DNA from: Takakia lepidozioides | Lineage: Eukaryota; Plantae; Bryophyta | NCBI GenBank assembly: GCA_030704615.1 | Contig: CM060733.1 | Coordinates: 15,190,001-15,254,000, forward strand | Direction: 5' to 3' | DNA length: 64,000 nucleotides | Shown: in pieces, positions 27,114 through 39,890 of the stretch | Numbering within the stretch: position 1 is the first letter of the stretch | How the letters are laid out: every line of letters begins with the position of its first letter | Made by a program: the position numbers and the translations under genes | The notes under the pieces: model-generated | What the model was told of the DNA's origin: nothing | Databases searched by the model: none | The model's input: the letters and a program-made list of their open reading frames with translations, nothing else

Positions 27114-28766
27114 CCACAATGTAGATTAATCGCTGGCGGTACACTTTTGAGTCCTTGGTTGTTCGCAGTCCTCTCTCTTATTTCTCTGCAATTTACATTC
27201 TGGAGCTCACATTCTGGAGCCGATTATGGCTTAACAGATCATCTACTCTCTGCCCACCAGTGGATCTGTGGGGAGGCTAGTTACATTATGTACTGGCTGA
27301 TTAACAGGTTGCTTCACCATGTTCACTTGTGTAAATTCAAAACATGTTTCAGTATGGGTATTTCTGTTTTCCATTGAGTAAGCAGGTCACGCAGAGCTGT
27401 TCGCATACGCTATCGACTTGCCTTCTACACATTACTCAACAAATCTTGAATTCGTCTTCCTCTTGCTTTTCCTCTATTCTGCACCGATCTCCTTCGCGTT
27501 TTCTGGGGGTGGTTGAGAAATGTTTGAAAATATATGCAAAATTTTACTGTGAAATGGGGGGCGTTGCAGGGATTCGTCTCGTGATAATCATGTGTCAAAG
27601 ACCGGTGGCAAGAGAGTTGAGACTCGCTACTAAAGACGAAGAGATACGAGAAACAGTTCTAGATATGATTGATCTGTATTATTATGGAGAGAATAAAATT
27701 AGGAGCAGAAATGATGTTTTCAGCCTTTTAAAGAGTACTTTTGCCAAGGCTTCTGTAGAGTAGATGTTTTTTCTGGAGATCTCTCTGAAGTTGCAATTGT
27801 TAATAAGCTGGTGGTTTAAAAGGGCTTGAAAATGGGAGTTCTGAGATTCGCTTGGAGGAACCCTGTGCAAAGTTCATCTATGAGATGATATCATGTAGTG
27901 TCCCTGAGATTTCTCAGATCTGCAGCAGCAAGTCCACAAATTGTGTGTCTTGCTTGATCCCCTTGCTCCCAACTTGCTTGCTTGGGTACATAGCAGGCTG
28001 CTCCACACCAGCAATACAATGACAAAAACGAGAACCTTGAAAAAATTGCAACTTTTTGACCATGAGACTACGAAGGTACATTGGCAATAAAACACTGACT
28101 TTGGACAACTGTTGACCGGATTCAAGGATGACTGGTACACATGAAGAAAAAAATATCGTTCATTGGTTGAAAACCAACCTACCAAGTATCTTTCTTGGTA
28201 AACCCTCTTCCAATCTAAGCACTTAACTGCTAAATCCTGGCACACATTTGGCAGAAACCTATTTCTCAACAAAAGATCATAATCTCTAGCACCCTGGCAG
28301 AAATGGGCGAAGCTGAACAATAAAATGAGAATCTTGTAGATGACTTGAGCATTATCTGTGAGCAAAGACTTTGAAAGAATTGTTGGCCAGTATCACAGAA
28401 AGCTTGTCACAAGTCATTTTACAGAAGTTGCAGCCTTTCCTAAACAGGTTGGAGAGAAGAAGACAGAGCAATCCCACATTGAAGGAAGTCTTCTGCTCCC
28501 GTGATGTTGCTCACTTAACTCTTGAAGACCAACATACACACTCCCAGCAAATCACGCTGCCATTCATATGGGCATTTCCAGCTGTAATAACTGCACACCC
28601 ACAATGGCTCTCTATAAATACCTAACTTCTCGAGTTGACAGCTGTGTCCTCACTCTGGAAATTAACTGTTGGATTTCGTGATAGTGTCTCTAAAAACAGA
28701 AGTTCGTGTGTGTGTGTGTGTGTGACAATTGACAAACTTGATTACAGGGTGACAACAGAAACTGAC

Positions 28767-30485
28767 CTCAAAAGGTGTACCTTGGCGCTCCAAGTCAATC
28801 ATGCAAAGTGCCACTTCACAGCTCTGCGACACAATGGGCTCATAGTCCTTTTGAAATGCCTTGAGCAACTCCACACTTTCCTCATCTGCTAGAACATGAC
28901 ATCCGTCGCACAAGGCCACCCCCATTCAATTGTTACCAGAGTGTCATGTACTGAGGACATTGAAGCTACCAGACTCAATAGCAGCTAAGCAGGTCCCTGG
29001 CACTCCATATGGACACATAAAAGCAAAGACATACCAGCAATAGAACCAAGTGCCTCAGCAGCTTCATGCCGCACCATGGGGTGCTCGGCAACATCCTTCA
29101 GCGTCCTTGCTAGAGCCTGTGTGGCAGCCTTATCTTGAAGTTGCCCTAAAACATATGCAACCTGCAAACAATAGACTCTTTAGCCACCCCTTTCCCTACA
29201 CAAGCAGGCTCTGCACAAGAGACCAGCATGGGACAAACAAAGCTAGCTGGCTTGCGGGATGGAGGTAGAACTTTCAGCACAAATACATGATACCATAGCA
29301 ACCATGCGTTTCAACCTTTTACTCAATGGAATATGCACACCTCATGTCGGAGAAGGGCACTTTGCACTTGCAGAGCAGTGACAATGGCGGCAACAGCATC
29401 AGCACCAGCCCGATTGCGAAGGGAAAACAAGGCTGCATATCGCTCATACATGCCCTCTCCCTCATCCAGGAGCACCTTCCTTTCCCAACCCATTGCATGC
29501 TTTTCATCAGGCTATTCAATCCAAACTTCACCTCTTGAGGCTGACATGCAAACACTTCACTCTCTGGTGAAGCCTCAAAAGAAGCTACCACTTCCAAAGC
29601 CAAGAGAAACTGATAGACTCACAATAAAAAAATGGCAACAGTTACCTCAAATCCGTGACAGAGGAGGTTGACGGAGCAGGGGCAGCAGGGTCCACCGACA
29701 GAAAGGGTGAGTGATCGTCATCGCAGGCTTGGCCCTGATGTATTCGGCGAAGCGCTAGTTCACACGTCTCTCGTACCTCAGGGGCCGGATCTGATACACA
29801 GCTCTCCAGTAAGAACGCCACACACTCTGCTGCTCCAATCGCCCCCAATGCCTCTGCTGCCTGCACTCTCGTCACTGCGTGTTACCATAGAATTTCACAC
29901 AGACCTTACTTCCCTGACCCTCATGCCTAATTCCCAAATATCCAAGCAGACCAGACGTGGGAGCGGCCTGTCCGTTACTAGGAAAAAGAGAAACAAGGCA
30001 ATAGCAATTACCTCATGGCGCACTATGGGATGGAAGGAGTGAATGTCCTGAAGAGTGGTCCGCAGCGCAGGAATGGCTGCCGCATCCTGCATCTGTCCCA
30101 AAGCAAACGCTGCCTCGTGCGCCAAAAGATTCGATGCGTCACTCATAGCTACCATCCATCCATCAACCCATTCATACACAAGTTTCCTTTCAGAGACTAG
30201 GTCGAGTACGTCGGTAATGGTGCAACCTCATTCTTTCTTGCAGCCAAAGCGCGCATTCTACAAAACCCAGGACTGAAAAATGCTGCAGGCCACACCAGAA
30301 AACAAACCTGCAATGAGAGCCTGGCGAGGTCCATCCCCCCTGAGATTTCGGAGAGCAAAGAGCGCCCGCCATCGTTCTGCAATCGAATGCCTCGGGTCCA
30401 GAAGCCGCTGCCCAATGAGCGCCTCGGTCTGGGCCGACACCACTGTACCTGAATTGCCAGGCGACGCTACCACAACCTCCTCCAT
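28767..30485 (-). CDS. DOHH: Deoxyhypusine hydroxylase (HEAT-repeat di-iron enzyme); short final exon not located
   Basis: [36 protein letters not shown]|[46 protein letters not shown]|[25 protein letters not shown] and [12 protein letters not shown]: all four HE metal-binding motifs. Confidence 0.93.
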
Positions 30486-30868
30486 TGCGTCCTCCCTCTT
30501 TCTTTCCCGTCTCTCTTCTTCGGTGCAGAATTGCGCCATCCCTAAACCTTGAGGCGATTTCCTGTCAACGAGGGACCCGCACGTGCGACTGCGTGAAATT
30601 CTTCCCCTTCTTCCACTTCCAGTTAATGTTTTCCTTGAATCTCCACAGCCACATCAGAGTGCCTGCATTGTCTGCCTGCTTTACATGTGGATGAAAGTTG
30701 TCAGCTTTTTTGGGTCATGTTTATTTGCAGCACTTGCCCAAACATGTTCAAAAAATATAGCATAGTACAATGTCCTTCACATTCTGGAGTCTTCGGCCTC
30801 ACCCCTACGTGGTTGCCCTCACACTATCACTTCCTCATGCTCAGCCACCTTTTCTGAGAAAGACAGGC

Positions 30869-31615
30869 ATGCAGATGGCAGATATGGACAGTGAAATCCA
30901 AGTTCCCTTGCTCCTAGACCAAGCTGAGGATATCTCTAGTGGACCACCAGGATGAGGAATCTCCTGAGGATGAACTAGGTTTTGAGAGCCTTGACTATGA
31001 TCCAATCCACAGTTCAGTGCACTCCCAACAGAAAGTGCAAAACCAGCGGCATTTCTATGGGTAAGCTTTTCCTATTCAGGCGTAGTTTTCACACAACTTG
31101 ACATTTGTCAAGCTCTAGGGTGAAACAGTTATCTTCAGTCCTCTTGCACCTCCAATTCAGCTCAGGTGCAGAAGGTTTTGGTTGGCTCATCTTCGTTGAG
31201 CATTACAAGCTTGTACAGGAAACAGGAGGCCTTGGCTCAACTCCTGTAGAAGTCTGATTGAGCTTATAGAGGCATTACTTTTTGGACTCTCCTCATTTTG
31301 CATCGCCTCCTACATTCATGATCTCTTCTAGAGACAGCACTCAGCGAATTTGAAAGTAAGTCTCCTCTGTTCCAATCAGAAGTTGTAGAGCTCGTTTAGT
31401 AGAATTTGACATTGACTGTGCTCACCACAATGCCCTTAGTTGGCCACTTCGTTGGACCTTTTGACCTTTGAAAAGTTTCTCAGCTGTATCAATTTCAATC
31501 AATTTACAATTGATTATCACTGAGAAATCTGGCTACTGGTGTGTGGGTGTGGACAGGTACACGGGGTTCGCAGTTGCCAAGTGGAGCATCACAATAATGA
31601 TTGGTGTTCTTGTCG
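30869..31615 (+). pseudogene. CLC: Truncated CLC chloride-channel gene fragment (first two exons only)
   Basis: FESLDYDPIHS...RHFYG|YTGFAVAKWSITIMIGVLVG carries the ESLDY and KW..IG.L.G motifs of plant CLC N-termini. Frameshift near 30950; no further exons seen before the SMT1 3' end. Confidence 0.65.
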
Positions 31616-32717
31616 GTATGCCCTCCCCTACCTCGTTCTTCTTCAGGGGCCCTACAAGTCCTATTTATTGTGAGATACAATACTCTAACCACTGGTTTCC
31701 CCCCTCCAATGCAGTAACAAAAGAACTGCGTACTTTTCTGGGCTCACATACTCCTGGTTTCAGGACCTGCTTATCAGCTCTTCCAATTTTGCAGCCAAAG
31801 TGCCATTTAAGTTGGATGAAGACAATCTAGGAATATTGACAAACAAAAGAATTACTATATTCCCAGGAAGCAAGGCTATGGACACTCAAACTTGAAAGGA
31901 CAAGAAGAAAACAAAAGAGTCTGTCAACTTTTTCCAAAATTTGCCTACAGTTCAGTCTTGATGGTCTAGGGGACCAAAAGGAAGTCCAAGTGAGAGAGTA
32001 ATAGAAATAAGACAGAAAATCGAAAACACCTGGTGACTTAAAGATCTTGACGCTGAAAAGAGAGAGAAACACACATTCAGAAACGTTCACGGACTGACAT
32101 GCAGGTTGGCTGTTGGATTCAAGATGTGACAAATGAACTTTGGAATCTCTCTTTCACTGAGACCATGCCACCGAAGCTCCTCAATGGTGGTGTATCGTTT
32201 TTTCCCTTTTGAGCTCCCGCGAGCCTGAGTTACAGGGTCTCATTCCTAAGTCCGGTAACTTTTACTTTGATGAGGTAGCAATCATACAACCAGGCTAGAG
32301 ATTTAGCACCTTTGACTTTAACAAATCGTCCGGGAACATTACCTAAGAGAATCCTTTCATGCTGCACATGTTCAGTCTCTAGAGAGCATCACACACCAGG
32401 CTAGACATTTGAAAGCTGTGTTTACACAACCTCCAGAAACAGTACAGGTAAGACCATCTAATCAGTCGCAATGCACATAATTGAATTTCAATTAATAACG
32501 AATAAAACAGCTGGCCCCATTACAGGACTGAAGGTCGATGAACGGTACAATGGTAGCTGAAATTGGGAATTGGCAGTCCAGAGTTTGCAGAGGGTCACCA
32601 TCTAGCAGCATGAAGAGCATTATACACTACACAATCACACTCATGAATGACAGGGAAACTAGGTGGCAGTGAGAAACAAAATTGTGTCTCCGTATGAACC
32701 TATGGCAGGAAAAGGCA

Positions 32718-35700
32718 TCATTCCAGCGGCTTTCGAACCAAGAAGAAGTACATGGGTGTGAATATTTCTCTCCTGCAATCACAGGCCAGCTCAATCTCAG
32801 AAATGTCCAACTCAAACTCAGAACATCAAGAACAAGAGCAGTATCTAATCTCCCTATAGATAGCTCTTTTGCGTTTCAAATCTTACATCAACCCAGATTT
32901 CCATAAGGAAATAGAGCTGACTTGGGAAATGAAATAGTACTTCATAGCATCCATAAGATGCTCAAAGAACTTATGGGACAAGAGGAAGAAAGAATGAAGA
33001 AAGAGAGGGTCACAAGCAGCCCAAAAGCAACTAAAGCTAAAGGGATTGTCTAAGAGTCAATGCGTCATGCAGGTAAGTTGCCGAGCATTTCTGGTCCTCG
33101 TAAGGGAAGAAAGAGAGTTCTCACACCATAAAGAAGTCCATTAAGAGCAAGTGAGACTTACCGGCCACCCTCAACCAGGCCTTCTGCAGCCTTCTCTAAG
33201 AAAGCACTGACTCGACTGCTGCCTTCTGGGGCTACCTTCAAGGACTCCAGGACTCGCACCTATGGTGGGGAAAATGTGAGCAAACAAGAGCAGCATTTCC
33301 TTTACAACATACTTCCAAAGTTACCTCGTGAACTCCCTATGGACTTCGACAGTGCGCTTGTACAGCAGCAAATCATTTCACAAAAACCCAAGATCAAGGA
33401 ACAAATGAGCCATGAATAATTACATCCCGGTAACAGAGTCAATTATCATTTGCTGATTCAGTAGACACCTTCCCACACAAGAAAGGTAAGATATGCCCCC
33501 AAATAAGAAGGGTTGAGCCTTCCCTACCATGTTGCGAGTGAGAAATCGGCCAACAGTCGTGAGACGGAAAGTGGAGATCGAGAAATAGCTGGGGTCCAAA
33601 GGCTGATACCATGGCACTTGTGAACTCTTAGACAGGTCCTCATCCACCAACACCTGCTTTCAGCAACCATGGTATTTCTGTTATACGTTATGGGACGTTG
33701 ATCTGATAGGACATTTTATCATACCTCCAACTTCAATACTACAGCACTCCTTACCTCGAAACCAGCCGACTTAAGAGCATCAAAGCACTGCTTTGTTGTG
33801 CGAATATCAGGCAGTCCATCACCCAGCTCAATCTCTGCCTGCATCATGGCAACCCAGCAAATGACTGATTTCCAAAACTACGGTGCAAAAAGCTGTAACT
33901 CACAAAAGCCTGACAAGTGAATGAATGAAGTTTCCCAATTCCTGGTCCTCTGTGCAGATGAGCCAAGGGTACAGGACTTTGAGGCTGACCAGAAACCAAC
34001 AATGGACTAAACACTTCCCCATTCAGTACCATATGTATTCATACCATGTCAAGGATAGTTGGCAGGAGTAAAAACCTTGCACTTTTGATGAAGGTCATTT
34101 TTGGGGTCAAAAGCTTCAGTCATGCACCATTCGTAGCCAGCAAACAGCTGCCCAGGTTTTAGCACTCTATGTATTTCCTTGTAGCACGCAACCTGTGTCT
34201 CCACCATTAAAGTTAAGTTTTTGAATCTTGTAGACAACATGAAGACAGAACAAACAAAACTGATGAATGAGGCCCATGTACCTAGGAGAAATATGTCATC
34301 CCTTGCAGTAGCTCTCACTGCTCTTGACAAGAGAGATTGAGCAGAAGCCTAAGTACCACAAAGATGACCCACACCACGTCATCCCTCAACTTGTGCCAAA
34401 CACACAGTGGAGAGAAAGAGGACAAAAAATGATTACATCCGTTGGAGGCCCAAAGGGCCGAGGAGAAGAAAATAAAGAAGTGAACATCATAAAGTGGGGA
34501 CAGATAAAGGCAAATATACAGATGTGGAAGACTTACAGGGTCAGGGGCATGACAGGTGGCCTCAATCGTATAAACTGCATCATACGTGTTGTCAGGGACC
34601 GGTATATTCATGAAGTCTGCCTGCATCATCCAAACAAAGTGTGACTGTCTAGAAAAGCCAGTCAACATGGATTTCTAAATCTCAACACGGAGGCAAGGAA
34701 AAACACCAGCAATAAGAGAGACGTTCACATTTAGCTACTCAGTGGCATTGACCAATACCTGCATCCCACTACCACTGGACCAGTTGCACAATTGCTCACC
34801 CCATTGTTCTCATCTTGAAGTTTTATTCATCACAAGATGATAACCACTAAATATTTAGTTGAGTCTATTGACAAGAACAGAACAACAAAACTAGGCTGAA
34901 ACTTGTAGAAACAGAACTCGGGTGCCGCTAACATGCATACTTTAAGGTAGTCGCATGTTTTGTCCAAACCAGCCTTCTTGTTTAACACCTACAGCCACCC
35001 ACAAAAACACAATAATAGTCAACCAACAGTTAGCTGCTTCATGGTCTGAGAACGGATCTCCCAATTTCATGTGAGGTCAGAAGCATTCCACGGTTGATCC
35101 TTCACTTAAATGGGCAGCAATTAAGAACTTACAGTGCCACGGGAAATTTGATAGGCATTGTTGTTAAGTCCTGTGACCAAAGCGCCGCTGCAGCATACAG
35201 GGCATATTAAAATTTTAACGCCCATTCAGCCTTCCATGCTACAACTTCCAATTAAAGCCTGCGGTGTAACTTCTAAATGAATCATGGCACTGAGAAGGCC
35301 TTACATCACTGGTGAGCAGACAATATTGGATTGACAAACGGTATAACTGAAGACAAAAGCCAAGTCAACTTATGACTCCAAATACCTTGTCATTCCAGCA
35401 ATAATGAGAACAGAATTTGCTACAAATAACAGGATTTCTTGTTTACATAACACAACCTGATAACATAAGAGAATGCGAGTTATGGAAAAGCAGGATACCT
35501 GAAGCCAGCAATCTCCCTCAATGGGCCCCCAATGCCACAGCCCACATCCAAAACCTGACACGAGCCAACATCCATCCACAAGGACAATCTATTTGTCAAT
35601 ACTAGCTCAGAACTAGCTCACAGACATTAGTAGATGCATAATTTGCTTGTCAAGACACAATGAAGTGGATCCTAAACGCAGTGCTTGACCACTGGACTTC

Positions 35701-36825
35701 CTCATCCAGACCATGTCTGTAATATTAGAGATCTGTACAGCCCTAGTTGTAGCCCAACGTGCTCTCCATTCACAAGTTTGACTGTGCTGAGAGAAGAAAA
35801 AGTGCATGCTTTGAAACCCAAAAAGCTAGGGGGTGGTCACCTTCTGTCCTGGGACCAAGCCAAGCCTTAGGGCCAGGTAGTGTTCATGGCGCTTAATGCT
35901 CTCTCGCAGAGTCTCTCCTTTCCACCTGCCGCCAAAAGAACCCAGAACAGACAAATCAATCAACCTGCGTCACATCTCTTTGCCAGCTGGGAAGCCTGTC
36001 AGGAGACGAAGTTGTACAATTCAGGTCATGTGATGATATTACTGTCATAACAGAGCAACTGAACTAATCCACAACCCCTAAAAGCTCAATAGTTTGGGAT
36101 ACCTGTTAGCAAAGTGGAATGACTCGCCCCATCCATACTCGTAGAAGCTGGTTGCAAGGTCATAGTACTTGTTCACCTATATCAAGTATCGACATTATGA
36201 TTTGCAACAAATGTCTTCACCACTCACGTACAATGCATCATATCCGAGGACTCGGTTGACGTATTCCTAAGAGTGTATATGCCTGAGACAACTCCAAGGA
36301 ATACATCTCAACCCAAATACCCTCAAATTCACATTTTCAGATTCGAAGAAGGGTTGAGAGCAGTATAATCAATGACAATATCATCAAACGATGTGTTCAA
36401 GAGCAAACATTGATAGATACAATATCAAGGTTCGGAAGGAAAAATCGATATTACCATGTCAGTGTAGTTTGACTTCCTTTGCTCTTCATCACCACCATGG
36501 TACGTGTGGTACTTTTCATATCTGCGGGACCAATCCCACATAGCAGCTGTTAATGAACTTCTCTTATTACACTACAGAAGCAACTTATCCTCGCTCACCA
36601 GTCCTCTCATCCCAAGAAGTGAACCGCAGTGGTGCTGTAGCTATAATGCGGAACACATTGTCCTCCAATCTCCAAACCACACCCATCTACAAGCCCGATA
36701 CGCTGACTGAGGAAACATTGCAAAAGCGAGGGGCATATGACTAGGTACCCATCAACAGCTGACAGCACTTCGCCTCGAGACAACAAGCCTCCTGTGCCGT
36801 TCGCCAGGTTAAGTGCATCCGCCAT
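32718..36825 (-). CDS. SMT1: Cycloartenol C24 sterol methyltransferase, ~13 exons
   Basis: [98 protein letters not shown] and [16 protein letters not shown]. Confidence 0.95.
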
Positions 36826-37439
36826 GTTCGAACCGCCCAGAACCCACCTCCACAAAGACCTTGCAAAGTGCGTGGGACCGTCCTCCCCTCCCCCCCCCCA
36901 ACAAACACACGCTCTCTACTTCTCTTTCTCTCTCTCTCTCTCTCACTCTCAAAGGGGTGTGCAGAGAAAGAAGATACTTAGAAGACGACAAAGAGAATTT
37001 GATTGGGTCTGTTAGCCTCCCGACCTGTTCACACGACAGCTGTCCCTGCGTTGGTCCTACAACGCGAGTATGGGCTTCTCCCGTGAGCTTTGCCTCTTCA
37101 AGCCTCGATTAGTTTTGTTTTTTGTAAGAGGGAGATCGACAACCATCCGATCAGCCATTCACACCAAAATTTCTCATTGTAAAATGGGACTTTTCAGACA
37201 AGAATTCCGCATGGACAGTTCCAGATTCCTCTGTCCGTGTATTGGCCAGGAGAACTCAGTAAGGCTGTAACTGCAGATCACTGGCGTCTGCCGGATTTTC
37301 GACCCCTCGCTGATCTGTGCACTTTCACACTCTGTACTCTGCACTTGTGTGGGGCTGGTTCGGATATTCTTGGTACTGTAGAGCTGGGTATTATTAGTCT
37401 TGTTGATTGATGCCGCAGATCAGAAGGAGTCATCCGACA

Positions 37440-37821
37440 GATCTTTAGTTGGTCTTGAAGGTATGTATCATGGCAGGGAAAGATCCTTGAGACTCACCTT
37501 AAATACTATGCTTGGTTCATGTTCCAGTTTGGGTTTGGGAGGGCCTCTGAATTTCAAGAAGCTTTCCTAATAACGGCAGAGGGACAGCGCCCTGAGAGCA
37601 TGGAGGTAACATAACATTACCTTCATGGAGGTAGCTATAATTTCCGTTCAAAAACAATTGGAAGTCCATCTAGTCTTGGGGCATGTGTGGCTTTCCAGCA
37701 CACTGAGATTGGGAGAACTCTAGAATCATTGTTCTTTCAACGAATGTATGCCATATCTTGCATTGTGATCTTCACCAATGCAAGAACGAACGCATGGCAT
37801 AACTATTCATGCTCTTCGCTC
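37440..37821 (+). mobile_element. Degraded LINE ORF2 3' region, interrupted by the gypsy-DNMT element
   Basis: SWQGKIL-like motif at ~37468; apparent continuation at 48898-49925 ending in a (TTTCA)n tail. Confidence 0.4.
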
Positions 37822-38148
37822 TGTCAAGTTATTTTACCACTAGTGTGAAACTAGCTAGGAAATAGCTAGCTTTTACATATTGACATTTGGGATTGGCCCA
37901 AGTGTCAATCCAGGGGTCAAGGCAGATTTAGGCCCTGGAGTGGTTATCTTCACGGCAAGCGCGGGAGGCTCATCTTTCTCGAGTTGAGCCTCACCGCGCC
38001 TAGCTATGGCGCCGTAGTGTGGATTCCCCATGGCGTGGGGTGCACTTGGCTTGACTTGTATTTGAGTGATGAGGTTATATATGCATGAGTTTATGCTTCA
38101 GCTTTGTGAGCTCGCATGAGCTTGTGCTTGTATTCTTCTTCTTTATCA
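37822..38148 (+). repeat. Terminal repeat A1 (327 bp)
   Basis: Near-identical to 48381-48705 and to the reverse complement of 50956-51273; starts TGTCAAG and ends TTATCA. Confidence 0.95.
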
Positions 38149-38160
38149 CTCGAGAAAGAT
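38148..38160 (+). promoter_or_regulatory. Putative self-priming primer-binding site
   Basis: ACTCGAGAAAGAT directly at the end of A1 is the exact reverse complement of ATCTTTCTCGAGT (37972-37984) inside A1; no TGG-type tRNA PBS is present. Confidence 0.7.
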
Positions 38161-38863
38161 CAGCTCGTATCTATGAGTGCTAGATACGAGTTAGTTGTAG
38201 CACTTGTGGTTTTTGCTTGAGAATGAGGGAAACCAAGTTGTTATGCAAGGAGCACCGTGGAGCTCTTGGTTGTTAGAAGCGGAGGCGATGTGGGTTACGA
38301 GGTGGTAGACCTTGGCATTCGATCTTCAGCTTCAGAGATGAAAGCACCATGCTGCAGGTAATTCCAGAGCACCTTGATGGTTTCAGATTGTGTACATACA
38401 TGAGCAAGCACGATTGGGAAGAGGACCAGTCAAGAGCAGGTTATAGTGGCTTTGGTGGCAAAGCTAAGAACTGGACCTGGGAATGCGAGCTTTCATTGTG
38501 TGAAGGATTGCAAGACCAAGCGAAAGGGCTGATTTGGCTTGGGGCAAATCAATGCACTTTGTGGAGTATGGTGAGATTGGGTTTCAATCTCGAGCTTCAG
38601 CATTGAGAGGGCTCTTGTCATGGCAAGAGCAGGGCTGGAACAGGAGCTAAGAGGTGCGGCAAGGCCATGGAATGTGCACCTAGGGTTTCAGAGCTTGGAA
38701 GAAGAGCTCTTGCACCACAAGAGAAGTGTCTTGTGGCTGGAAATGTAAGCCTTAGGGTTTCAGGAGCTTGGCAAAGGCTATGGAGTGCTTAGTCTTATCT
38801 TAGAGAGCATCAAGGAGCCAAGGAGCCAAGATAGGGGGCTGATATCTCTTGTGTGAAGAGGTT

Positions 38864-39245
38864 GCATGTGTGGAGCATGTATTCAGCTCATTGAAGCTTC
38901 CATCTTCAAGCTTGGAGGGCAAGCAAGGAAGAGGGAAGGGCTGACTTCCCTTATGTGAGGGCAATGTATGTGTGGAGCATGCTATCAGCCTGGTGAAGGC
39001 TTGCACTTTTAGGTGTGGGAGTGCAAGAAAGGAAGGAAGGGGCTGGTTTCCCTGTAGGGCATGTAGAGCATGCTTTCAGCCTGCTGAAACTTGTATTATC
39101 AGGTTTGTGGGTGCAAGAAATGAAGCAAAGGAGCTGATTCTCTTATGGTGAGAGTGGGGCATGTGTGGAGCATGCCTTCAGCCCATTGAGGCTCTTGTTT
39201 TCAAGCCTTAGAGAGCTAGAACGGAAGGTCTAGGGTTGGTTTCCA
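38864..39245 (+). repeat. Four diverged ~100-bp tandem repeats in the element leader
   Basis: Recurring CATGTGTGGAGCATG-(3 nt)-TCAGC-like units, each followed by a GGAAG/GGGCTG-rich stretch, starting at about 38865, 38967, 39060 and 39160. Confidence 0.7.
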
Positions 39246-39684
39246 CTTGGAGTGAAAGAACAGCACTTGTAGGGCCTATGTGAGTTGGGGTTTCAACTTC
39301 AAGCTTGAAGGGAGCGCAACTCTGGAAGCAACAGGTGTAGAGGGCTGGAATAGGCTCTAAGATAGATGCTATGGCCAATGAGAGTGCTTGAATGAGTGCT
39401 CACAAGGGCTGGGAACCAGCAGGGCTTGGTTGTTTGCCATTGAGTTTAGTGGCGTGTTTGGAGAGGCTAAGTGAGAAAGAAGGCTTGGTTTGTGGCAACC
39501 ACCTCATGGCTTAGGGCTACTATGGTGGTGTGTGGGAGCCGAAAGAGCAAGGATACCTTGCTGATTTCCTCACAGCCACCATAGCTCGGTGGAAAGAAGC
39601 CTAGAGTCCAAGAGACACAAACCCTAGCTTGGCGTGGCTAAACCCCTTGGAGAAATGGCTAAACTTCCAGAGCGGCCATGTGTG

Positions 39685-39890
39685 GGGCTGTGACAGGCTG
39701 TGACAGGCTGTGATGGGCTGTGACAGGCGGTGCCCTGTGCCCTGTGGGGCTGGGACGGGCTGTGTCAGGCTGTGACAGGCTGTGCCCAGTGGCCTTTGGG
39801 GCTGTGACGGGCTGTGCGGGGCTGTGACAGGCTGTGCCCATGGCCTTTGGGGCTGTGATGGGCTGTGAGGGGCTGTGACAGGCTGTGACC
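39685..39890 (+). repeat. GGCTGTGACA-type 10-mer minisatellite with a higher-order unit
   Basis: Many GGCTGTGACA/GGCTGTGATG/GGCTGTGACG units; the block GGCTGTGCCCA..TGGCCTTTGG occurs twice. Confidence 0.85.

Noticed and set aside
27344-28365. ORFs of 139 and 163 aa between TSP9 and DOHH
   Set aside because: No recognisable domain or splice support.
9395-30485. Iron-related gene cluster (AE7, ferroportin, DOHH)
   Set aside because: Unrelated genes are interspersed and there is no evidence of co-regulation; likely chance.
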